A stretch of DNA of 61,653 bases. Origin: Actinomycetota bacterium. GTDB taxonomy: Bacteria; Actinomycetota; Coriobacteriia; Anaerosomatales; PHET01. Position 1 is the stretch's first letter; each line of letters opens with the position of its first letter. The notes beneath the pieces were generated by a model. That model was given only the letters and a program-made list of their open reading frames with translations. It ran no database searches and was not told where the DNA came from. Where the stretch lies: the NCBI GenBank assembly GCA_037445775.1, contig JBBIJX010000005.1, positions 1-61,653 of the forward strand, given 5' to 3'. A program made the position numbers and the translations under genes. Below, piece by piece: positions 37,785 to 46,137 of this stretch.

Positions 37785-38738
37785 TTGGCTTTGAGCTCGA
37801 TTGAGATCTGCGCCGGCGGCGGCGGTCAGGCACTCGGCCTCGAGGCTGCCGGTTTCGATCACTCTGCAGTCATCGAGATCGAGGCGCCCGCCTGCGACAC
37901 CCTCCGGTTGAATCGCCCGGGCTGGAACGTCATCGAGGGAGATATCCGTCAATTCGATGCGTCTGGCTACGAGGGCATCGATCTGCTGGCGGGAGGCGTT
38001 CCCTGTCCGCCATTCTCGAAGGCGGGCCGACAGCTGGGCGCTGATGATGAGCGCGACCTGTTCCCTGAGGCAATCAGGCTCGTCGACGAGTGCCGGCCCA
38101 AGGCGGTCATGCTCGAGAACGTCCGTGGACTGCTGGACGCGGTCTTCGACGACTACCGTCACAAAGTGGAGCACCAGCTCCGCGACCTGGGCTACGTTCC
38201 CGGCTGGCGACTTCTGAACGCGTCGGACTACGGCGTCTCGCAACTTCGTCCGCGCGTCGTCTTCGTGGGTATTCGCAAGGACCTGTCTGATGTGTTCGCG
38301 TGGCCAGTGCCAGCCGGAGAGACTCCTCCGACAGTCGGCGAGCTGCTCGGGGATCTCATGGGCGAGAATGGCTGGAAGGGCGTAGATGCGTGGCGATCCC
38401 GCGCCGACTCCATCGCCCCCACACTCGTTGGCGGCTCCAAGAAGCACGGCGGTCCCGATCTTGGGCCCACACGCGCGAAGCGCGCTTGGGAGACGCTTGG
38501 TGTCGACGGACGAGGAATCGCTGATGCTGCGCCTGAGCGCGATTTCGTTGGCAGGCCTCGGCTCACCACCCGGATGACTGCGCGAGTCCAGGGATTCCCC
38601 GACCACTGGGTCTTCGCTGGCCGGAAGACAGCCGCGTATCGCCAGATCGGCAACGCGTTCCCGCCGCCGGTCGCTGCGGCCGTAGCGCGGCAGATCGCAG
38701 TCGCACTGTCCGCCAGGCGCTCATTCCGGGTGGCGTGA
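37785..38738 (+). CDS. DNA (cytosine-5) methyltransferase, M.NgoMIV-like (probably GCCGGC)
   Basis: EICAGGGG, GGVPCPPFS, ENVRG, QLRPR, IAPTLVGGSKKHGGPDLGPTR, YRQIGNAFPP; closely resembles recalled M.NgoMIV; TTG start after AGGGG. Confidence 0.93.
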   Translation: MALSSIEICAGGGGQALGLEAAGFDHSAVIEIEAPACDTLRLNRPGWNVIEGDIRQFDASGYEGIDLLAGGVPCPPFSKAGRQLGADDERDLFPEAIRLVDECRPKAVMLENVRGLLDAVFDDYRHKVEHQLRDLGYVPGWRLLNASDYGVSQLRPRVVFVGIRKDLSDVFAWPVPAGETPPTVGELLGDLMGENGWKGVDAWRSRADSIAPTLVGGSKKHGGPDLGPTRAKRAWETLGVDGRGIADAAPERDFVGRPRLTTRMTARVQGFPDHWVFAGRKTAAYRQIGNAFPPPVAAAVARQIAVALSARRSFRVA

Positions 38739-39601
38739 TGTACGCACGGGCTGAGTTCGCTGAGGCGCGTGCGGACTTCCATACCGCTTTGCTGCAGTCG
38801 TGTCTCACCATCGATCCGCAGGGCCGTCCGAGCAACAGTGACAGCTCGAATCAGGCTAGTGTGGCTATCGCGAAGGGCATCGCTAACCGGCTCAAGGCGG
38901 AGACCGTCGGAGAACGGGCCGCTGGCCAGACCTCGGGCAATCAGTTCGAGGCTGTCTGCGCGGACTTCGTCCGCGCAACGTTTCCCAGACTCGGACATCT
39001 CCGCCCAGGCACCTGGAGTGTTCACCATGTAAGAGGCCGCAACCGGCTGGAGATCGCGCGCTACGAGCAGTACTCGCATCTCGTGGCGCTCGACAAGGCC
39101 GCCCGCAACGATCCCGACCTTGCGGCGTCGCTTGGCAGTGACTACACGATCACGCCGGACGTCGTCATCGTCCGTAACCTTGAAGAGGATGCGGTCATCA
39201 ACGCCCCGGCGATGCTCGTGGATGGTGGCGTGGCAACGCTGGCGAGTCTCCGGAAGTCCAATGGCGGCCTGCCCCTCTTGCATGCAAGCATCTCCTGCAA
39301 GTGGACGATTCGCAGCGACCGCGCTCAGAATGCCCGGTCAGAGGCTCTGAATCTAGTCCGCAATCGCAAGGGTTCCCTGCCCCATATCGTCGTCGTCACG
39401 GCGGAGCCCACGCCAAGCAGACTCGCGTCCGTTGCCCTTGGCACCGGAGACATTGACTGCGTCTACCATTTCGCGCTGTATGAACTCCAGGAGACTCTGG
39501 AGGAGCTGAACATGACTGATGCTGCAGACATGCTCGCGGTCATGGTAGACGGGGACCGTCTCAAAGACATCTCCGACCTCCCCCTCGATCTCGCCGTCTA
39601 G
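38738..39601 (+). CDS. Type II restriction endonuclease, NgoMIV family
   Basis: GQTSGNQFE, GSDYTITPD, HASISCKWTIRSDRAQNARSE, RNRKG, KDISDLPLDLAV; TGATG coupling to the MTase. Confidence 0.93.
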   Translation: MYARAEFAEARADFHTALLQSCLTIDPQGRPSNSDSSNQASVAIAKGIANRLKAETVGERAAGQTSGNQFEAVCADFVRATFPRLGHLRPGTWSVHHVRGRNRLEIARYEQYSHLVALDKAARNDPDLAASLGSDYTITPDVVIVRNLEEDAVINAPAMLVDGGVATLASLRKSNGGLPLLHASISCKWTIRSDRAQNARSEALNLVRNRKGSLPHIVVVTAEPTPSRLASVALGTGDIDCVYHFALYELQETLEELNMTDAADMLAVMVDGDRLKDISDLPLDLAV

Positions 39602-39608
39602 GACGCAA

Positions 39609-39776
39609 ATGGGAATCAGCCGCAGCGAGAACATGCGGCGCATCAGGAGCCGCGATACCGCACCTGAGCTTGTGGTTCGCGCGGCACTGCGGCAGCTTGG
39701 CCATGTTGGCTGGGAGTGCGAACTGGGGGATGACACCACGCTCCGGAGACGCCTGGACGAGTTCGTTCGGAGATAG
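39609..39776 (+). pseudogene. vsr: Very-short-patch repair endonuclease with an in-frame internal deletion (55 aa)
   Basis: MGISRSENMRRIRSRDTAPELVVRAALRQLGHVG joined directly to WECELGDD...; the central PGxPD and FVHGCFWH regions are absent. Confidence 0.8.
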
Positions 39777-39869
39777 CGGGCGGGCGCCTCATCCAGCGTA
39801 TCGCCCTCCGGCGTCAATCTGGCTCGGCGTCCTCATGGATGCCCAACGCACATGGGAATCAGGTTCACA

Positions 39870-40124
39870 TCAGTAGTGATACCTGAGCTGGGCGATGTAG
39901 AGGGTGTCGCCCTCGACCTTGTAGACGAGGCGGTGGGTGTCGTCGATGCGCCTGGACCAGTAGCCCGCGAGCGCGTGCCGCAACGGTTCGGGCTTGCCCG
40001 GCCCCTCGAACGGCACGCGCCGAATGTCGCGGATGAGACTGTTGACGCGCTGCAGGACCTTGCGGTCGGTCTTCTGCCAGTAGAGGTAGTCCTCCCAAGC
40101 CGCCTCGTCGAAGACGGTCTTCAT
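39870..40124 (-). CDS. yoeB: Txe/YoeB toxin
   Basis: AWEDYLYWQKTD, GPGKPEPL, WSRRIDDTHRLVY, RYHY. Confidence 0.95.
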   Translation of the reverse strand: MKTVFDEAAWEDYLYWQKTDRKVLQRVNSLIRDIRRVPFEGPGKPEPLRHALAGYWSRRIDDTHRLVYKVEGDTLYIAQLRYHY

Positions 40125-40372
40125 TCGAGGAGCTCTCGTTCAGCACCGCCTCCACCCTCGATCCGGTCTACTGACTCGAGCAACCTTCGAGCGTTCGCAG
40201 GACTGCGGAGCAGGTAGGCGGTCTCCTCCAGCGACTCGTAGTCGTCGAGCGAGATCATCACCACGGAGGAGGAGGCCTTGCGGGTCACGATGATGGGTGC
40301 GTGGTCCTCGCACACGCGATCCATCTGCTTGGCGAGGTTCGCCCTCAGCGTCGTATAGGGAATGGCATCCAT
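40121..40372 (-). CDS. yefM: YefM/Phd antitoxin
   Basis: YTTLRANLA..MDRV, PIIVTR, VVMISLDDYESLEETAYLLRSPANARRL; overlaps the toxin. Confidence 0.95.
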   Translation of the reverse strand: MDAIPYTTLRANLAKQMDRVCEDHAPIIVTRKASSSVVMISLDDYESLEETAYLLRSPANARRLLESVDRIEGGGGAERELLE

Positions 40373-40389
40373 GAGAACCTCCTCGTACC

Positions 40390-40407
40390 TGTACAGCTAA
40401 TGGTACA
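40390..40407. promoter_or_regulatory. YefM-YoeB operator
   Basis: TGTACA and GGTACA cores 12 bp apart, as in the E. coli yefM-yoeB operator. Confidence 0.6.
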
Positions 40408-40424
40408 GCAAGCGATGGCGGTCC

Positions 40425-41288
40425 TCAAGCCCCTCGGTCCTTCCGCCCGTCCACGGCAGCAGCAACGGCGAACGCCTGCGCGGTCGCGGCGACGTCGTGG
40501 ACGCGTACCACCGATGCCCCGCGCTCGACCGCGATGAGCGCCGCCGCCACTGAGCCCGCGACGCGATCGCACGGCTCCGTGACTCCGGTGAGCTCACCGA
40601 TGAAGCGCTTGCGCGATGCGCCCACCAGCACCGGATATCCGGTCGCGGCAAGCTCCGGGATCGCTCGCAGCAGCGCAAGGTTGTGCTCGAGCGTCTTGCC
40701 GAACCCGATGCCCGGGTCGATGGCGATGCGGTCTCGGGCGACGCCGACGGCCTCGAGCACCCGCGCGCGGGCGAGCAGGAAGTCGCGCACTTCGGTGACG
40801 ACGTCGTCGTAGCGAGGGTCCGACTGCATCGTCTGGGGCTCACCCAACATGTGCATCACCACAACGCCGCAGTCACGTGCCGCCGCAAGCCCGACCATCG
40901 CCAGGTCCGTGAAGCCGGTGACATCGTTGACGATGCTCGCGCCCGCATCGAGGGCCGCGCGCGCGACCTCGGCGTGTCGCGTGTCGATCGAGACACAAGC
41001 GCCGGTGGCAGCAAGGCGGGTCACCACCGGCCCGATGCGCGCCAGCTCGGCAGCGAGCGCCACAGGCTCGGCGCCCGGACGCGTCGACTCTCCGCCCACG
41101 TCGAGGATGTGGGCGCCTTCGGCGAGCAGCCGCCCCCCGTGCGCGACTGCGGCGTCGGCGTCCGAGTGCTCGCCGCCGTCAGAGAAGGAGTCGGGCGTCA
41201 CGTTGACGATGCCCATGACGAGCGGGGACGCGAGCGCGAACTCGAACGCGCCGCAGCGCCATGTGCGAGGTGTCATCGAGGCCATCAT
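40425..41288 (-). CDS. folP: Dihydropteroate synthase
   Basis: MGIVNVTPDSFSDGG, DVGGESTRPG, SIDT, DPGIGFGK, GASRKRF, VRVHDV. Confidence 0.96.
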   Translation of the reverse strand: MMASMTPRTWRCGAFEFALASPLVMGIVNVTPDSFSDGGEHSDADAAVAHGGRLLAEGAHILDVGGESTRPGAEPVALAAELARIGPVVTRLAATGACVSIDTRHAEVARAALDAGASIVNDVTGFTDLAMVGLAAARDCGVVVMHMLGEPQTMQSDPRYDDVVTEVRDFLLARARVLEAVGVARDRIAIDPGIGFGKTLEHNLALLRAIPELAATGYPVLVGASRKRFIGELTGVTEPCDRVAGSVAAALIAVERGASVVRVHDVAATAQAFAVAAAVDGRKDRGA

Positions 41289-41343
41289 GGTGACGAGTCT
41301 ACCCGCGCACGCCGCCCGAGTCGCGCACGGACCGCTCGTGGCG

Positions 41344-41910
41344 CTACCGCGAGCGCGTGATCAGCGACATCGCTTCCGCGCGTGTCGCGGCCTTTCGCTC
41401 GAAGATGCCGCGCACGGCGCTTGTGACCGTCTCGGCGCCGGGCTTCTTCGCGCCGCGCATCGACATGCACAGGTGTTCAGCCTCGATGACGACGATGACG
41501 CCGGCCGGGTCGAGGTGCTCGACGATCGTGTCCGCGATCTGCGAGGTGAGGCGCTCCTGGACCTGCGGGCGCTTCGCGTAGACGTCGACGACGCGTGCGA
41601 GCTTCGAGAGCCCACAGATGCGCCCGTGCGGCCCCGGGATGTAGGCGACGTGCGCGCGACCGAGGAACGGCACGAGGTGGTGCTCGCACACCGAGTAGAG
41701 CGGGATGTCGCGAACGAGCACCAGCTCCTGATGCCCCTCGTCGAAGGTCACGCAGAAGTGATCGGCGGCGTCCTCGCCGATACCCGCGAAGATCTCCGCG
41801 TACATGTCAGCGACTCGGCGCGGGGTATCCGCGAGGCCCTCGCGCGCGGGGTCCTCGCCGATGCCTTCGAGGACGAGGCGTATGCCGGATTCGATCTTGT
41901 CGCGGTCCAT
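41344..41910 (-). CDS. folE: GTP cyclohydrolase I
   Basis: [48 protein letters not shown]. Confidence 0.97.
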   Translation of the reverse strand: MDRDKIESGIRLVLEGIGEDPAREGLADTPRRVADMYAEIFAGIGEDAADHFCVTFDEGHQELVLVRDIPLYSVCEHHLVPFLGRAHVAYIPGPHGRICGLSKLARVVDVYAKRPQVQERLTSQIADTIVEHLDPAGVIVVIEAEHLCMSMRGAKKPGAETVTSAVRGIFERKAATRAEAMSLITRSR

Positions 41911-41976
41911 GGGGCTCCTGGGGCGGGGGGCGGAAAGTCAGCGTACCACCTCGCGCGCCAACCTAGAGTCACGTGG

Positions 41977-44900
41977 TCACTTGACACTCACGCCCCGGTG
42001 CGGCGAGGTGGAGGCCGCATGGTCACCGTCCGCGTGATAGGCGCGCAGTCTCCACGCTCCGCGGGACGGCAGCAACACCGAAGCGCGATAGGTCGAATAC
42101 GCGACGCCGTAGGCGACCTTGGCCGGAACCTCCATGCGCAATCGGTACCTGTCGCCTTCCTTTCGGTAGCACCTGATCAACACGCCGCCGGTGGAGCCCG
42201 CATGACCGGGCTTCAGCGTACCCGACACCGGGAAGGTCTTGCCCCGGGTCACCGCCGTCGGCGCGCTTGGCGCCGTCAGAGAGGCCTTCACTCTCACTAG
42301 GCGCGTCGGACTCTGGCATGCGGCATAGTCCGAGTCGCCGACGAAACGTAAGCGATACGTGGCGTTGCGAGTCGGCCTGTCCACGTATGAGTAGACGTCG
42401 CCGGCACCGGTCACGGTCGCGATGCGCTTGAACCGCACCCCATCGTAGGAACGCAGTACCTCGACACGCCGTGCCGCGAGACCAACCGTATCGCTCGCGC
42501 GACTAAGCGTACCGCGTACCGTGACGCGTCCCTGATAGCCTACCTTGCTTGCGGAAGTGGATATCGTGAGCCGTGCGCCGCGCTTGATGACGAATGAAAC
42601 GCTATTCGCGACCTCCGTGTTGCCCTCTTGATCCACAGACCAAAACTGCACCGTGTGCGAGCCGAGGCCGCTAACAAGAGCAACCGTGCCCTCCTGCTGC
42701 GCGCCGCCATCCACTCGGAAGAAGGTGCGGGTCGCGCCCCCAGCGTCTACCGCAGTCAGGCGAATCGATGCGGCGTCGGGGTACTCAGCGCGGGCATCGC
42801 TCGTGGTCACCGGCGGCGTGCCGTCGCGCACGGTGACCGTCACACTCTTGGGTGACTCCAGATTGCCCGCCTTGTCGGACGACCAGAACGAGAGCGTGTG
42901 AGTGCCGACGGTGTTGATGACGGCAACGGTGCCACTCACCTGATCGCCTTGGCCGAGGCGCCAGTACGTGGTGCCGACCCCGCTCAAGTCATCGGTGGCG
43001 CTCAGCGTGATGGTAGCCACTTCGGAGTAGGGCGTAGACATGGCGTTGCTACTTGTGACAGGCGGCTTCGTGTCAATGATGAAGCGCACCTCGGCCGAGC
43101 TTTCGGCGACCGCGTCGCGCGCCCACCCAACGAGCGTATGCCTGCCCGGCGTCGAGAGCGGATTGGGTGTCCACGCTCCACCGTTCAGCGTTACGCGCGT
43201 CTCAAGGATGCCGGTCCCGATGAAGTCGATCGTAGGAATCACCGTCGTGTTGTACACGCCACCTTCAACCACGCCGCGGATCGAGACCGTTATGGGCGGC
43301 GCAAGAGCCTGAATGCGGTGATTGCCCGTGTCCGCAACGTAGAGAAGTCCAGACGCACCGATGTCGACCGCCGCCGGGCCGTCGAACTGCCCGGCCTCCG
43401 TACCGCGAGATCCGAAGACCGCGAGTACCGCTCCTGCGGGCGACAGCTTCTGGATTCTGTGGTTGCCCGTGTCGGCGATGTAGACGTTGCCCGCAGAGTC
43501 CACGCACACGCCGGCCGGCGAGTCGAATGACCCCGGGGCGCTCCCGAAGCGTCCCCAGGTCGCCACATGCGCACCACCAGCGGTGAACTTCTGAACCCGG
43601 TGATTCCCAGTATCTGCGACGTAGACGTTGCCCGCCGAGTCGAGCGCGACAGCCTGAGGCTTGTTGAGTTCTCCTGTCTGCGAGCCGAGGCGCCCCCACT
43701 TGCCCACGAAGACCCCGTCGGTATCGAAGACCTGTATGCGGCTGTTACCTGCGTCCGCGACGAAGACACGCCTCGAGCCCGATACCATTCCAGCCGCGAC
43801 GTCAGAAGGGCTTTCGAAGAAGCCGTCACCCGTTCCCTTCGCGCCCCACTTGTTCGAGTACGTCCCATTACTCTGTATCCTCATGATCCTGTGATTGCCG
43901 GAATCAGCGACGAAGAGGTCGATGCCGTCCGCCGCGACACCCTTGGGATCTTTGAACCGATCATTGAGATTGCCTGACGAATTGGGCACGTAGTCCGGCG
44001 CTGCCCATTCAACTGCACCGTCGGAGCGGAACTGCTGCACGCGGTGGTTCTTGGTGTCGCCCACCAGAACCGCGCCATTGGGAAGTACCGCCAGGCCGCT
44101 CGGCGTCTCGAAACGCCCGTGCGCCTCGCCCCAGCTTCCGTTGATGCCGTCGGCGGTGCCGGCATCTGTGAACACCCTGACCCTGTCGTTTCCGGTGTCA
44201 CAGACGTAGAGCTTGGTCGCGCCTTGAGTAGAGCGAACGGCGATACCCCAGGGGGTGCGCATCGCGGCACGACCTTGTGAAGTGGTGTCACCGTATCCAG
44301 TGAAGCCGAAGCGCGTGACTAGTGTAGGCTGGGCTTGACTGACGTCGTACTTCGACACACAGTCATCTCCCGTCTCGGTAACGTACAAGTACGCACCGTC
44401 GTCGCTGACCGCGACACCCGAGGGGTAACGGAGTCTCCCCGACGTCTCGTATCGTTCGAATATTGACCGCCAGCCGCCCCAGCTGCGCACGAACGCGCCC
44501 TCCGAGTCGAACTGCTGGACGTAGCTGTTCGTCCGGTCCCTGTCGCAGACGAAGACCTGCCCTGCGCCGCTGACGGCAACATCCGAGGGCTTCAGGAACA
44601 GCCCGTCACCCGAGCCAGGTCGCCCCCACTGACGAAGAAACGCTCCCGCTGCGGAGAACTTCTGAACGCGCGCGTTGCCCGTGTCGGCGACGTAGACACT
44701 GCCCGCAGAGTCCAGGGCGACGCCTTCCGGCGCGTTGAACTCACCCGGACCGGAGCCGGAGAGATCCGGTCCGCCCGCCTTGCCCCACTTGCGCACGAAC
44801 TGTCCGGACGACGTGAACTGCTGCACGCGGTGGTTCCCGGTGTCGACCACGTAGACGTTCGTTCCGCTCTTGTTGACCGCGATTCCCTTCGGGCCCTTGA

Positions 44901-45168
44901 AGTTGCCGTCTGCGGAGCCGCTTGTTCCCCATGCGGTCACGAAGCGTCCCGTTGCGTCGAACTTCGCGACTCGGTCGTTGAGCGTGTCCGCCATGTAGAC
45001 GTTGCCGGCGGCGTCGATGGCGACACCTGAGGCGCCGTCAAGCTTCCACGTGGGCTGCGGCCACCGGTTCGCGACCCGGAAGTCGCTGGTGCCGGCCGAC
45101 GCTGGCGCGATGGCGAGCAACCCAATCAGCAATCCTCCGACGAGAGTCCGCGCCGCAACCTTCATCAT
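41977..45168 (-). CDS. Secreted NHL-repeat (beta-propeller) protein with Ig-like repeats
   Basis: Signal peptide; about 12 F..P.GVA.D..GNVYVADTGNHRVQKF repeats; two D..PPVT.S..G.HT..FWS.D..GN.E Ig-like repeats; basic C-terminal beta domains. Confidence 0.88.
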   Translation of the reverse strand: MMKVAARTLVGGLLIGLLAIAPASAGTSDFRVANRWPQPTWKLDGASGVAIDAAGNVYMADTLNDRVAKFDATGRFVTAWGTSGSADGNFKGPKGIAVNKSGTNVYVVDTGNHRVQQFTSSGQFVRKWGKAGGPDLSGSGPGEFNAPEGVALDSAGSVYVADTGNARVQKFSAAGAFLRQWGRPGSGDGLFLKPSDVAVSGAGQVFVCDRDRTNSYVQQFDSEGAFVRSWGGWRSIFERYETSGRLRYPSGVAVSDDGAYLYVTETGDDCVSKYDVSQAQPTLVTRFGFTGYGDTTSQGRAAMRTPWGIAVRSTQGATKLYVCDTGNDRVRVFTDAGTADGINGSWGEAHGRFETPSGLAVLPNGAVLVGDTKNHRVQQFRSDGAVEWAAPDYVPNSSGNLNDRFKDPKGVAADGIDLFVADSGNHRIMRIQSNGTYSNKWGAKGTGDGFFESPSDVAAGMVSGSRRVFVADAGNSRIQVFDTDGVFVGKWGRLGSQTGELNKPQAVALDSAGNVYVADTGNHRVQKFTAGGAHVATWGRFGSAPGSFDSPAGVCVDSAGNVYIADTGNHRIQKLSPAGAVLAVFGSRGTEAGQFDGPAAVDIGASGLLYVADTGNHRIQALAPPITVSIRGVVEGGVYNTTVIPTIDFIGTGILETRVTLNGGAWTPNPLSTPGRHTLVGWARDAVAESSAEVRFIIDTKPPVTSSNAMSTPYSEVATITLSATDDLSGVGTTYWRLGQGDQVSGTVAVINTVGTHTLSFWSSDKAGNLESPKSVTVTVRDGTPPVTTSDARAEYPDAASIRLTAVDAGGATRTFFRVDGGAQQEGTVALVSGLGSHTVQFWSVDQEGNTEVANSVSFVIKRGARLTISTSASKVGYQGRVTVRGTLSRASDTVGLAARRVEVLRSYDGVRFKRIATVTGAGDVYSYVDRPTRNATYRLRFVGDSDYAACQSPTRLVRVKASLTAPSAPTAVTRGKTFPVSGTLKPGHAGSTGGVLIRCYRKEGDRYRLRMEVPAKVAYGVAYSTYRASVLLPSRGAWRLRAYHADGDHAASTSPHRGVSVK

Positions 45169-45201
45169 CGCCTGACCTCCTGCTCGACCGCGTAACCTTA
45201 C

Positions 45202-46134
45202 TCAGAGAGCCATCCCGAACAGCTGACCTATGCGCACGACCGCCGGCCCCATGATGACGACCATCGTCGCCGGAAGGATGCAGAGCACGAGCGGCAGAGC
45301 CATCTGCACCGGCGTGCGCTGCGCCTGCTCCTCGGCTTGCTGACGTCTCTTCAGTCGCATTTCATCGGCCTGCGTGCGCAACACGTTCACGATGCTCACG
45401 CCAAACACCTCGGCCTGAACCACGGAGGTCACGAAGGAGTTGATTTCGGGCGCATCGATGCGTCGCGCCAGATTGCGCATCGCCTCCTTGCGGGTTGCGC
45501 CAGCCTGCACCTCCTGCAGCATCCGGGCGAACTCCTTTGCAAGGGGTCCGTGGGTAGAGCGAACGATCTTGGCGAGGGCGCCATCGAGACCGAGGCCGGC
45601 TTCGACGCTGATGGTCAACATGTCGAGCAGGTCCGGAAGCTCCCGCACAATGGCGCGCTGACGGCCGTGCGCACGATCGCGCAGCCAGAGCACGGGCAGC
45701 CATCCGCAAGCCAGCGCGCTCACAGTGGCCATCAGCATGGACACGAACGCGGTGCGGCCTGCGGAGAGACCGGCGACGAGCAGCAAGACGAACACACCCA
45801 CAGCTATCAGCGTCTGCGCGACCAGGAAACGCTCCCCTGTGAGACCCTGCGGCTGCCCGGCGGAGACGATGAGCCTATCGATGACCACGCGATAGTGGCC
45901 TGGGAGTACTCGTTTCGCGCCCGCTATCATCAGCGCGACCGCAGGCCTCAGGACCCTGTCGGCGAACGACTTCAACAGGGGTTGCGTCTGCAGAACTTCG
46001 CCGTGTTCGTACGTCGTCAAGGTGCTCAGACGCCGCGTGACTCGCCGCTCGTCAGAGAAGAGCATCCCGAGCACCGCGTAGCACGCAAGCGCAACCGCGA
46101 AGAACGCCAGTGCGATGACTGCGGCCTCCGGCAT
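45202..46134 (-). CDS. tadC: Tad pilus platform protein
   Basis: ELPDLLDMLTISVEAGLG, RTQADEMR, PLVLCILPA. Confidence 0.9.
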   Translation of the reverse strand: MPEAAVIALAFFAVALACYAVLGMLFSDERRVTRRLSTLTTYEHGEVLQTQPLLKSFADRVLRPAVALMIAGAKRVLPGHYRVVIDRLIVSAGQPQGLTGERFLVAQTLIAVGVFVLLLVAGLSAGRTAFVSMLMATVSALACGWLPVLWLRDRAHGRQRAIVRELPDLLDMLTISVEAGLGLDGALAKIVRSTHGPLAKEFARMLQEVQAGATRKEAMRNLARRIDAPEINSFVTSVVQAEVFGVSIVNVLRTQADEMRLKRRQQAEEQAQRTPVQMALPLVLCILPATMVVIMGPAVVRIGQLFGMAL

Positions 46135-46137
46135 CCG

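Noticed and set aside
37573-37833. 86-aa ORF ending LRYHY as a second yoeB
   Set aside because: Only the last five codons match; it is the duplicated 18-bp repeat, not a toxin gene.
43300-45030. Regularly spaced DNA repeats (GTAGACGTTGCCCGC-like) resembling a CRISPR array
   Set aside because: They are degenerate, in-frame NHL protein repeats; no cas genes or spacer structure.
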